Source: Eledone cirrhosa
Lineage: Eukaryota
DNA length: 64,000 bases
NCBI GenBank assembly: GCA_964016885.1
Contig: OZ024742.1
Span: 163,370,001 to 163,434,000, forward strand
Direction: 5' to 3'
Shown here: positions 24,480-37,900 of the stretch, one piece after another
How positions within the stretch are numbered: the first letter of the stretch is position 1
How the letters are laid out: the number at the start of each line of letters is the position of its first letter
Made by a program: the position numbers and the translations under genes
The notes under the pieces: generated by a model
Told to the model about the DNA's origin: nothing
What the model saw: the letters and a program-made list of their open reading frames with translations, nothing else
Database searches by the model: none

Positions 24480-27400
24480 GATTTTTTTTACAATCTCCGC
24501 CTGAGTTTTTTAAAAATTATCTTCCCTTGGCTGGCGGGAAATTATCTCCCCTTGGACAGCTGGAAATTATCTCCCCTTGGAAGGATGGAAATTATCTCCC
24601 CTTGGATGGCTGGAAATTATCTCCCCTTGCACGGCTGGAAATTATCTCCCCTTGGCTGGAAATTATCTCCCCTTGGACGGCTGAAAATTATCTCCCCTTG
24701 GACGGCTGGAAATTATCTCCCCTTGATTTTTTTACAAATTATCTCCCCCTGATTTTTTTTTACAAATTATCTCCCCCTGATTTTTTTTTACAAATTATCT
24801 CCCCCTGATTTTTTTTTACAAATTATCTCCCCCTGATTTTTTTTACAAATTATCCCCCCCTGATTTTTTTACAAATTATCTCCCCTTGGCTGGCTGGAAA
24901 TTATCTCCCCTTGGAGGCTGGAATTTATCTCCCCTTGGACGGCTAGAAATTACCTCTCCTTGGACGGCTGGAAAATATGTCTACTTGGACGGCTGGATAT
25001 TATCTCCCCTTGGACGGCTGGAAATTATCTCCCCTTGGACCGCTAGATATTACCTCCCCTTGGACGGCTGGAAATTATCTCCCCTTGGCTGGCGGGAAAT
25101 TATCTCCCCTTGGACGGCTGGAAATTATATCCCCTTGGAAGGATGGAAATTATCTCCCCTTGGACGGCTGGAAATTATCTCCCCTTGGACGGCTGGAAAT
25201 TATCTCCCCTTGGACAGCTGGAAATTATCTGCCCTTGATTTTGTTTTTACAAATTATCTCCCCCTGATTTTTTTTACAAATTATCTCCACCTGATTTTTT
25301 AAAAAATTATCTCCCCTTGGACGGCAGTAAATTATCTCTCCTTGGACGGCTAGAAATTATCTCTATTTGGACGGCTGGAAATTATCTCCCTTTGATTTTT
25401 TTTACAAATTATCTCCCCCTGATTTTTTTTTAAAATTATCTCTCCTTGGACGGCTGGAAATTATCTCCCCTTGATTTTTTTTACAAATTATCTCCCCCTG
25501 ATTTTTTTTACAAATTATCTCCCCCTGATATTTTTTACAAATTATCTCCCCCTGATTTTTTTTACAAATTATCTCCCCTTGGCAGGCTGGAAATTATCTC
25601 CCCTTGGAGGCTGGAATTTATCTCCCCTTGGACGGCTAGAAATTACCTCGGCTTGGACGGCTGGAAAATATGTCTCCTTGGACGGCTGGAAATTATCTCC
25701 CCTTGGACGGCTGGAAATTATCTCCCCTTGGACGGCTGGAAATTATCTCCCCTTGATTTTTTTTTACAAATTATCTCCCCCTGATTTTTTTTTACAAATT
25801 ATCTCCCCCTGATTTTTTTTTACGAATTATCTCCCCCTGATTTTTTTTTACAAATTATCTCCGCCTGATTTTTTTTAAAAAATTATCTCCCCTTGGACGG
25901 CTGGAAATTATCTCCCCTTGGACGGCTGGAAATTATCTCCCCTTGGACGGCTAGAAATTACCTCTCCTTGGACGGCTGAAAATTATCTCCCCTTGGACGG
26001 CTGCAAATTATCTCCCCTTGATTTTTTTAACAAATTATCTCCCCCTGATTTTTTTTTACAAATTATCTCCCCCTGATTTTTTTTACAAATTATCTACGCC
26101 TAATTTTTTTTACAAATTATCTCCCCCTGATTTTTTTTCACAAATTATCTCCCCCTGATTTTTTTTACAAATTATCTCCCCCTGATTTTTTTACAAATTA
26201 TCTCCCCCCTGATTTTTATTACAATCTCCGCCTGATTTTTAAAAAAATTATCTTCCCTTGGCTGGCGGGAAATTATCTCCCCTTGGACGGCTGGAAATTA
26301 TATCCCCTTGGAAGGATGGAAATTATCTCCCCTTGGACGGCTGGAAATTATCTCCCCTTGGACGGCTGGAAATTATCTCCCCTTGGACAGCTGGAAATTA
26401 TCTGCCCTTGATTTTGTTTTTACAAATTATCTCCCCCTGATTTTTTTTACAAATTATCTCCACCTGATTTTTTAAAAAATTATCTCCCCTTGGACGGCTG
26501 GAAATTATCTCCCCTTGGCTCGAAATTATCTCCCCTTGGACGGCTAGAAATTATCTCTCTTTGGACGGCTGGAAATTATCTCCCTTTGATTTTTTTTACA
26601 AATTATCTCCCCCTGATTTTTTTTACAAATCTCCCCCTGATTTTTAAAAAAAAATTATCTCCCCTTCGCTGGCTGGAAATTATCTCCCCTTGGACACTGG
26701 AAATTATAGCCCCTTGGAGGGCTGGAAATTATCTTCCCTTGGACGGCTGGAAATTATGACTCCTTGATTTTTTTACAAATTATCTCCCCCTGATTTTTTT
26801 TTACAAATTATCCCCCCCGATTTTTTTTACAAATTATCTCCCCCTGATTTTTTTTACAAATTATCTCCCCTTGGACGGCTGGAAATTATCTCCCCTTGGA
26901 CGGCTGGAAATTATCTCCCCTTGGACGGCTAGAAATTACCTCTCCTTGGACGACTGAAAATTATCTCCCCTTGGACGGCTGCAAATTATCTCCCCTTGAT
27001 TTTTTTTAAGAAATTATCTACCCCTGATTTTTTTTTACAAATTATCTCCCCCTGATTTTTTTTACAAATAAACTCCCCCTGATTATTTTTTACAAATTAT
27101 CACCCCCTGATTTTTTTTACAAATTACCTCCCCCTGATTTTTTTTACAAATTATCTCCCCCTGATTTTTTTACAAATTATCTCCCCTTGGCTGGCTGGAA
27201 ATTATCTCCCCTTGGAGGCTGGAATTTATCTCCCCTTGGACGGCTGGAAATTATCTCTCCTTGGATGGCTAGAAATTACCTCTCCTTGGACGGCTGGAAA
27301 ATATGTCTCCTTGGACGGCTGGAAATTATCTCCCCTTGGACGGCTGGAAATTATCTCCCCTTGGACGGCTGGAAATTATCTCTCCTTGGACGGCTAGAAA

Positions 27401-30400
27401 TTACCTCTCCTTGGACGGCTGAAAATTATCTCCCCTTGGACGGCTGGAAATTTTCTCCCCTTGATTTTTGTTACAAATTATCTCCCCCTGATTTTTTTTT
27501 ACAAATTATCTCCCCCTGATTTTTTTTTACAAATTATCTTCCCCTGATTTTTTTTTACAAATTATCTCCCCCTGATATTTTTTGCAAATTATCTCCCCCT
27601 GATTTTTTTACAAATTATCTCCCCTTGGCTGGCTGGAAATTATCTCCCCTTGGAGGCTTGAATTTATCTCCCCTTGGACGGTTAGAAATTACCTCTCCTT
27701 GGACGGCTAGAAAATATGTCTCCTTGGACGGCTGGAAATTATCTCCCCTTGGACGGCTGGAAATTATCTCCCCTTGGACGGCTGGAAATTATCTCCCCTT
27801 GGACGGCTAGATATTACCTCCCCTTGGACGGCTGGAAATTATCTCCCCTTGATTTTTTTTACAAATTATCTCCCCCTGATTTTTTTTTACGAATTATCTC
27901 CCCCTGATTTTTGTTTTACAAACTATCTCCGCCTGATTTTTTTTTAAAAATGATCTCCCCTTGGACGGCTGGAAATTATCTCCCCTGGAACGGCTGGAAA
28001 TTATCTCCCCTTGGACGGCTAGAAATTACCTCTCCTTGGACGGCTGAAAATTATCTCCCCTTGGACGGCTGCAAATTATCTCCCCTTGATTTTTTTAACA
28101 AATTATCTCCTCCTGATTTTTTTTACAAATTATCTCTCCCTGATTTTTTTTTACAAATTATCTACGCCTAATTTTTTTTACAAATTATCTCCCCCTGATT
28201 TTTTTTTACAAATTATCTCCCCCTGATTTTTTTTTACAAATTATCTCCCCCTGATTTTTTTTTTACAAATTATCTCCCCCCTGATTTTTTTTACAATCTC
28301 CGCCTGATTTTTTTAAAAATTATCTTCCCTTGGCTGGCGGGAAATTATCTCCCCTTGGACGGCTGGAAATTATATCCCCTTGGAAGGATGGAAATTATCT
28401 CCCCTTGGACGGCTGGAAATTATCTCCCCTTGGACGGCTGGAAATTATCTCCCCTTGGACAGCTGGAAATTATCTGCCCTTGATTTTGTTTTTACAAATT
28501 ATCTCCCCCTGATTTTTTTTACAAATTATCTCCACCTGATTTTTAAAAAATTATCTCCCCTTGGACGGCAGTAAATTATCTCTCCTTGGCTGGAAATTAT
28601 CTCCCCTTGGACGGCTAGAAATTATCTCTATTTGGACGGCTGGAAATTATCTCCCTTTGATTTTTTTTACAAATTATCTCCCCCTGATTTTTTTTAAAAA
28701 TTATCTCTCCTTGGACGGCTGGAAATTATCTCCCCTTGATTTTTTTTACAAATCTCCCCCTGATTTTTAAAAAAAAATTATCTCCCCTTCGCTGGCTGGA
28801 AATTATCTCCCCTTGGACACTGGAAATTATAGCCCCTTGGAGGGCTGGAAATTATCTTCCCTTGGACGGCTGGAAATTATCTCTCCTTGATTTTTTTACA
28901 AATTATCTCCCCCTGATTTTTTTTTACAAATTATCCCCCCGATTTTTTTTACAAATTATCTCCCCCTGATTTTTTTTACAAATTATCTCCCCTTGGACGG
29001 CTGGAAATTATCTCCCCTTGGACGGCTGGAAATTATCTCCCCTTGGACGGCTAGAAATTACCTCTCCTTGGACGACTGAAAATTATCTCCCCTTGGACGG
29101 CTGCAAATTATCTCCCCTTGATTTTTTTTACAAATTATCTACCCCTGATTTTTTTTTACAAATTATCTCCCCCTGATTTTTTTTACAAATTATCTCCCCC
29201 TGATTTTTTTACAAATTATCTCCCCCTGATTTTTTTACAAATTATCTCCCCCTGATTTTTTTTACAAATTATCTCCGCCTAATTTTTTTAAATATTATCT
29301 TCCCTTGGCTGGCGGGAAATTATCTCCCCTTGGACGGCTGAAAATTATCTCCCCTTGGACGGCTGGAAATTATCTCCCCTTGATTTTTTTTACAAATAAA
29401 CTCCCCCTGATTATATTTTACAAATTATCTCCCCCTGATTTTTTTTTACAAATTATCTCCCCCTGATTTTTTTTACAAATTATCTCCCCCTGATTTTTTT
29501 ACAAATTATCTCCCCTTGGCTGGCTGGAAATTATCTCCCCTTGGAGGCTGGAATTTATCTCCCCTTGGACGGCTGGAAATTATCTCTCCTTGGACGGCTA
29601 GAAATTACCTCTCCTTGGACGGCTGGAAAATATGTCTCCTTGGACGGCTGGTAATTATCTCCCCTTGCACGGCTGGAAATTATCTCCCCTTGGACGGCTG
29701 GAAATTATCTCTCCTTGGACGGCTAGAAATTACCTCTCCTTGGACGGCTGAAAATTATCTCCCCTTGGACGGCTGGAAATTATCTCCCCTTGATTTTTGT
29801 TACAAATTATCTCCCCTGATTTTTTTTTACAAATTATCTCCCCCTGATTTTTTTTTACAAATTATCTTCCCCTGATTTTTTATAACAAATTATCTCCCCC
29901 TGATATTTTTTACAAATTATCTCCCCCTGATTTTTTTACAAATTATCTCCCCTTGGCTGGCAGGAAATTATCTCCCCTTGGAGGCTGGAATTTATCTCCC
30001 CTTGGACGGTTAGAAATTACCTCTCCTTGGACGGCAAGAAAATATGTCTCCTTGGACGGCTGGAAATTATCTCCCCTTGGACGGCTGGAAATTATCTCCC
30101 CTTGGACGGCTGGAAATTATCTCCCCTTGGACGGCTAGATATTACCTCCCCTTGGACGGCTGGAAATTATCTCCCCTTGATTTTTTTTACAAATTATCTC
30201 CCCCTGATTTTTTTTTTACAAATTATCTCCCCCTGATTTTTTTACAAATTATCTCCCACTGATTATTTTTACAATCTCCGCCTGAGTTTTTTAAAAATTA
30301 TCTTCCCTTGGCTGGCGGGAAATTATCTCCCCTTGGACAGCTGGAAATTATCTCCCCTTGGAAGGATGGAAATTATCTCCCCTTGGATGGCTGGAAATTA

Positions 30401-33400
30401 TCTCCCCTTGCACGGCTGGAAATTATCTCCCCTTGGCTGGAAATTATCTCCCCTTGGACGGCTGAAAATTATCTCCCCTTGGACGGCTGGAAATTATCTC
30501 CCCTTGATTTTTTTACAAATTATCTCCCCCTGATTTTTTTTTACAAATTATCTCCCCCTGATTTTTTTTTACAAATTATCTCCCCCTGATTTTTTTTTAC
30601 AAATTATCTCCCCCTGATTTTTTTTACAAATTATCCCCCCCTGATTTTTTTACAAATTATCTCCCCTTGGCTGGCTGGAAATTATCTCCCCTTGGAGGCT
30701 GGAATTTATCTCCCCTTGGACGGCTAGAAATTACCTCTCCTTGGACGGCTGGAAAATATGTCTACTTGGACGGCTGGATATTATCTCCCCTTGGACGGCT
30801 GGAAATTATCTCCCCTTGGACCGCTAGATATTACCTCCCCTTGGACGGCTGGAAATTATCTCCGCTTGGCTGGCGGGAAATTATCTCCCCTTGGACGGCT
30901 GGAAATTATATCCCCTTGGAAGGATGGAAATTATCTCCCCTTGGACGGCTGGAAATTATCTCCCCTTGGACGGCTGGAAATTATCTCCCCTTGGACAGCT
31001 GGAAATTATCTGCCCTTGATTTTGTTTTTACAAATTATCTCCCCCTGATTTTTTAAAAAATTATCTCCCCTTGGACGGCAGTAAATTATCTCTCCTTGGA
31101 CGGCTAGAAATTATCTCTATTTGGACGGCTGGAAATTATCTCCCTTTGATTTTTTTTACAAATTATCTCCCCCTGATTTTTTTTTAAAATTATCTCTCCT
31201 TGGACGGCTGGAAATTATCTCCCCTTGATTTTTTTTACAAATTATCTCCCCCTGATTTTTTTTACAAATTATCTCCCCCTGATATTTTTTACAAATTATC
31301 TCCCCCTGATTTTTTTTACAAATTATCTCCCCTTGGCAGGCTGGAAATTATCTCCCCTTGGAGGCTGGAATTTATCTCCCCTTGGACGGCTAGAAATTAC
31401 CTCGGCTTGGACGGCTGGAAAATATGTCTCCTTGGACGGCTGGAAATTATCTCCCCTTGGACGGCTGGAAATTATCTCCCCTTGGACGGCTGGAAATTAT
31501 CTCCCCTTGGACGGCTAGATATTACCTCCCCTTGGACGGCTGGAAATTATCTCCCCTTGATTTTTTTTTTACAAATTATCTCCCCCTGATTTTTTTTTAC
31601 AAATTATCTCCCCCTGATTTTTTTTTACGAATTATCTCCCCCTGATTTTTTTTTACAAATTATCTCCGCCTGATTTTTTTAAAAAAATTATCTCCCCTTG
31701 GACGGCTGGAAATTATCTCCCCTTGGACGGCTGGAAATTATCTCCCCTTGGACGGCTAGAAATTACCTCTCCTTGGACGGCTGAAAATTATCTCCCCTTG
31801 GACGGCTGCAAATTATCTCCCCTTGATTTTTTTAACAAATTATCTCCCCCTGATTTTTTTTTACAAATTATCTCCCCCTGATTTTTTTTTACAAATTATC
31901 TACGCCTAATTTTTTTTACAAATTATCTCCCCCTGATTTTTTTTCACAAATTATCTCCCCCTGATTTTTTTTACAAATTATCTCCCCCTGATTTTTTTAC
32001 AAATTATCTCCCCCCTGATTGTTATTACAATCTCCGCCTGATTTTTAAAAAAATTATCTTCCCTTGGCTGGCGGGAAATTATCTCCCCTTGGACGGCTGG
32101 AAATTATATCCCCTTGGAAGGATGGAAATTATCTCCCCTTGGACGGCTGGAAATTATCTCCCCTTGGACGGCTGGAAATTATCTCCCCTTGGACAGCTGG
32201 AAATTATCTGCCCTTGATTTTGTTTTTACAAATTATCTCCCCCTGATTTTTTTTACAAATTATCTCCACCTGATTTTTTAAAAAATTATCTCCCCTTGGA
32301 CGGCTGGAAATTATCTCCCCTTGGCTCGAAATTATCTCCCCTTGGACGGCTAGAAATTATCTCTCTTTGGACGGCTGGAAATTATCTCCCTTTGATTTTT
32401 TTTACAAATTATCTCCCCCTGATTTTTTTTACAAATCTCCCCCTGATTTTTAAAAAAAAATTATCTCCCCTTCGCTGGCTGGAAATTATCTCCCCTTGGA
32501 CACTGGAAATCATAGCCCCTTGGAGGGCTGGAAATTATCTTCCCTTGGACGGCTGGAAATTATCACTCCTTGATTTTTTTACAAATTATCTTCCCCTGAT
32601 TTTTTTTTACAAATTATCCCCCCCGATTTTTTTTACAAATTATCTCCCCCTGATTTTTTTTACAAATTATCTCCCCTTGGACGGCTGGAAATTATCTCCC
32701 CTTGGACGGCTGGAAATTATCTCCCCTTGGACGGCTAGAAATTACCTCTCCTTGGACGACTGAAAATTATCTCCCCTTGGACGGCTGCAAATTATCTCCC
32801 CTTGATTTTTTTTACAAATTATCTACCCCTGATTTTTTTTTACAAATTATCTCCCCCTGATTTTTTTTACAAATAAACTCCCCCTGATTATTTTTTACAA
32901 ATTATCACCCCCTGATTTTTTTTACAAATTATCTTCCCCTGATTTTTTTTTACAAATTATCTCCCCCTGATATTTTTTGCAAATTATCTCCCCCTGATTT
33001 TTTTACAAATTATCTCCCCTTGGCTGGCTGGAAATTATCTCCCCTTGGAGGCTTGAATTTATCTCCCCTTGGACGGTTAGAAATTACCTCTCCTTGGACG
33101 GCTAGAAAATATGTCTCCTTGGACGGCTGGAAATTATCTCCCCTTGGACGGCTGGAAATTATCTCCCCTTGGACGGCTGGAAATTATCTCCCCTTGGACG
33201 GCTAGATATTACCTCCCCTTGGACGGCTGGAAATTATCTCCCCTTGATTTTTTTTACAAATTATCTCCCCCTGATTTTTTTTTACGAATTATCTCCCCCT
33301 GATTTTTGTTTTACAAACTATCTCCGCCTGATTTTTTTTTAAAAATGATCTCCCCTTGGACGGCTGGAAATTATCTCCCCTTGGACGGCTGGAAATTATC

Positions 33401-34960
33401 TCCCCTTGGACGGCTAGAAATTACCTCTCCTTGGACGGCTGAAAATTATCTCCCCTTGGACGGCTGCAAATTATCTCCCCTTGATTTTTTTAACAAATTA
33501 TCTCCCCCTGATTTTTTTTACAAATTATCTCTCCCTGATTTTTTTTTACAAATTATCTACGCCTAATTTTTTTTACAAATTATCTCCCCCTGATTTTTTT
33601 TTACAAATTATCTCCCCCTGATTTTTTTTTACAAATTATCTCCCCCTGATTTTTTTTTACAAATTATCTCCCCCCTGATTTTTTTTACAATCTCCGCCTG
33701 ATTTTTTTAAAAATTATCTTCCCTTGGCTGGCGGGAAATTATCTCCCCTTGGACGGCTGGAAATTATATCCCCTTGGAAGGATGGAAATTATCTCCCCTT
33801 GGACGGCTGGAAATTATCTCCCCTTGGACGGCTGGAAATTATCTCCCCTTGGACAGCTGGAAATTATCTGCCCTTGATTTTGTTTTTACAAATTATCTCC
33901 CCCTGATTTTTTTTACAAATTATCTCCACTTGATTTTTAAAAAATTATCTCCCCTTGGACGGCAGTAAATTATCTCTCCTTGGCTGGAAATTATCTCCCC
34001 TTGGACGGCTAGAAATTATCTCTATTTGGACGGCTGGAAATTATCTCCCTTTGATTTTTTTTACAAATTATCTCCCCCTGATTTTTTTTTAAAATTATCT
34101 CTCCTTGGACGGCTGGAAATTATCTCCCCTTGATTTTTTTTACAAATTATCTCCCCCTGATTTTTTTTACAAATCTCCCCCTGATTTTTAAAAAAAAATT
34201 ATCTCCCCTTCGCTGGCTGGAAATTATCTCCCCTTGGACACTGGAAATTATAGCCCCTTGGAGGGCTGGAAATTATCTTCCCTTGGACGGCTGGAAATTA
34301 TCTCTCCTTGATTTTTTTACAAATTATCTCCCCCTGATTTTTTTTTACAAATTATCCCCCCGATTTTTTTTACAAATTATCTCCCCCTGATTTTTTTTAC
34401 AAATTATCTCCCCTTGGACGGCTGGAAATTATCTCCCCTTGGACGGCTGGAAATTATCTCCCCTTGGACGGCTAGAAATTACCTCTCCTTGGACGACTGA
34501 AAATTATCTCCCCTTGGACGGCTGCAAATTATCTCCCCTTGATTTTTTTTACAAATTATCTACCCCTGATTTTTTTTTACAAATTATCTCCCCCTGATTT
34601 TTTTTACAAATTATCTCCCCCTGATTTTTTTACAAATTATCTCCCCCTGATTTTTTTACAAATTATCTCCCCCTGATTTTTTTTACAAATTATCTCCGCC
34701 TAATTTTTTTAAATATTATCTTCCCTTGGCTGGCGGGAAATTATCTCCCCTTGGACGGCTGAAAATTATCTCCCCTTGGACGGCTGGAAATTATATCCCC
34801 TTGATTTTTTTTACAAATAAACTCCCCCTGATTATATTTTACAAATTATCTCCCCCTGATTTTTTTTTACAAATTATCTCCCCCTGATTTTTTTTACAAA
34901 TTATCTCCCCCTGATTTTTTTACAAATTATCTCCCCTTGGCTGGCTGGAAATTATCTCCC
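24480..34960. repeat. Second HOR family: two tandem units of ~5.4-5.8 kb
   Basis: Offsets of 5781 (24527/30308, 24886/30667), 5806 (26258/32064, 26490/32296) and 5394-5395 (27625/33020, 28330/33724). Shared rare variants include CTGAGTTTT, GACCGCTAG, CTCGGCTTGG, GGCAGGCTGG and TTTTCACAAA. Confidence 0.9.
27187..30190. repeat. ~3-kb non-adjacent copy of 14519-~17550
   Basis: Offsets of 12668-12669 (14519/27187, 14957/27625, 15661/28330), then 12642 (16874/29516). Shared variants include GATGGCTAG, TTTTGCAAA and GAGGCTTGAAT. Confidence 0.88.
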
Positions 34961-37900
34961 CTTGATTTTTGTTACAAATTATCTCCCCTGATATTTTTTA
35001 CAAATTATCTCCCCCTGATTTTTTTACAAATTATCTCCCCTTGGCTGGCTGGAAATTATCTCCCCTTGGAGGCTGGAATTTATCTCCCCTTGGACGGTTA
35101 GAAATTACCTCTCCTTGGACGGCAAGAAAATATGTCTCCTTGGACGGCTGGAAATTATCTCCCCTTGGACGGCTGGAAATTATCTCCCCTTGGACGGCTG
35201 GAAATTATCTCCCCTTGGACGGCTAGATATTACCTCCCCTTGGACGGCTGGAAATTATCTCCCCTTGATTTTTTTTACAAATTATCTCCCCCTGATTTTT
35301 TTTACAAATTATCTCCCCCTGATTTTTTTACAAATTATCTCCCCCTGATTTTTTTACAAATTATCTCCCCCTGATTTTTTTTACAAATTATCTCCGCCTA
35401 ATTTTTTTAAATATTATCTTCCCTTGGCTGGCGGGAAATTATCTCCTCTTGGACGGCTGAAAATTATCTCCCCTTGGACGGCTGGAAATTATCTCTCCTT
35501 GATTTTTTTTACAAATAAACTCCCCCTGATTATATTTTACAAATTATCTCCCCCTGATTTTTTTTACAAATTATCTCCCCCTGATTTTTTTACAAATTAT
35601 CTCCCCTTGGCTGGCTGGAAATTATCTCCCCTTGGAGGCTGGAATTTATCTCCCCTTGGACGGCTGGAAATTATCTCTCCTTGGACGGCTAGAAATTACC
35701 TCTCCTTGGACGGCTGGAAAATATGTCTCCTTGGACGGCTGGAAATTATCTCCCCTTGCACGGCTGGAAATTATCTCCCCTTGGACGGCTGGAAATTATC
35801 TCTCCTTGGACGGCTAGAAATTACCTCTCCTTGGACGGCTGAAAATTATCTCCCCTTGGACGGCTGGAAATTATCTCCCCTTGATTTTTGTTACAAATTA
35901 TCTCCATCTGATTTTTTTTTACAAATTATCTCCCCCTGATTTTTTTTTACAAATTATCTCCCCCTGATATTTTTTACAAATTATCTCCCCCTGATTTTTT
36001 TACAAATTATCTCCCCTTGGCTGGCTGGAAATTATCTCCCCTTGGAGGCTGGAATTTATCTCCCCTTGGACGGTTAGAAATTACCTCTCCTTGGACGGCA
36101 AGAAAATATGTCTCCTTGGACGGCTGGAAATTATCTCCCCTTGGACGGCTGGAAATTATCTCCCCTTGGACGGCTGGAAATTATCTCCCCTTGGACGGCT
36201 AGATATTACCTCCCCTTGGACGGCTGGAAATTATCTCCCCTTGATTTTTTTTACAAATTATCTCCCCCTAATTTTTTTTACAAATTATCTCCCCCTGATT
36301 TTTTTTACGAATTATCTCCCCCTGATTTTTTTTTACAAACTATCTCCGCCTGATTTTTTTTTAAAAATGATCTCCCCTTGGACGGCTGGAAATTATCTCC
36401 CCTTGGACGGCTGGAAATTATCTCCCCTTGGACGGCTAGAAATTACCTCTCCTTGGACGGCTGAAAATTATCTCCCCTTGGACGGCTGCAAATTATCTCC
36501 CCTTGATTTTTTTAACAAATTATCTCCCCCTGATTTTTTTTTACAAATTATCTACGCCTAATTTTTTTTACAAATTATCTCCTTCTGATTTTTTTTACAA
36601 ATTATCTCCCCCTGATTTTTTTTTACAAATTATCTCCCCCTGATTTTTTTACAAATTATCTCCCCCCTGATTTTTTTTACAATCTCCGCCTGATTTTTTT
36701 AAAAATTATCTTCCCTTGGCTGGCGGGAAATTATCTCCCCTTGGACGGCTGGAAATTATATCCCCTTGGAAGGATGGAAATTATCTCCCCTTGGACGGCT
36801 GGAAATTATCTCCCCTTGGACGGCTGGAAATTATCTCCCCTTGGACAGCTGGAAATTATCTGCCCTTGATTTTGTTTTTACAAATTATCTCCCCCTGATT
36901 TTTTTTACAAATTATCTCCACCTGATTTTTTAAAAAATTATCTCCCCTTGGACGGCAGTAAATTATCTCTCCTTGGCTGGAAATTATCTCCCCTTGGACG
37001 GCTAGAAATTATCTCTATTTGGACGGCTGGAAATTATCTCCTTTTGATTTTTTTTACAAATTATCTCCCCCTGATTTTTTTAAAAAATTATCTCTCCTTG
37101 GACGACTGGAAATTATCTCCCCTTGATTTTTTTTACAAATTATCTCCCCCTGATTTTTTTTTACAAATTATCTCCGCCTGATTTTTTTTTAAAAATTATC
37201 TCCCCTTGGACGGCTGGAAATTATCTCCCCTTGGACGGCTGGAAATTATCTCCCCTTGGACGGCTAGAAATTACCTCTCCTTGGACGGCTGAAAATTATC
37301 TCCCCTTGGACGGCTGCAAATTATCTCCCCTTGATTTTTTTAACAAATTATCTCCCCCTGATTTTTTTTTACAAATTATCTCCCCCTGATTTTTTTTTAC
37401 AAATTATCTACGCCTAATTTTTTTTACAAATTATCTCCCCCTGATTTTTTTTTACAAATTATCTCCCCGTGATTTTTTTTACAAATTATCTCCCCCTGAT
37501 TTTTTTTTTACAAATTATCTCCGCCTGATTTTTTTTTAAAATTATCTCTGCTTGGACGGCTGGATATTATCTCCCCTTTCATTTTTTTTACAAATTATCT
37601 CCCCCTGATTTTTTTTTACAAATTATCTACCCCTGATTTTTTTTTACAAATTATCTCCCCCTGATTTTTTTTACAAATTATCTCCCCCTGATTTTTTTTT
37701 TACAAATTATCTCCCCCTGATTTTTTTACAAATTATCTCCCCCTGATTTTTTTTACAAATTATCTCCGCCTGATTTTTTTAAATATTATCTTACCTTGGC
37801 TGGCGGGAAATTATCTCCCCTTGGACGGCTGAAAATTATCTCCCCTTGGACGGCTGGAAATTATCTCCCCTTGATTTTTTTTACAAATTATCTCCCCCTG

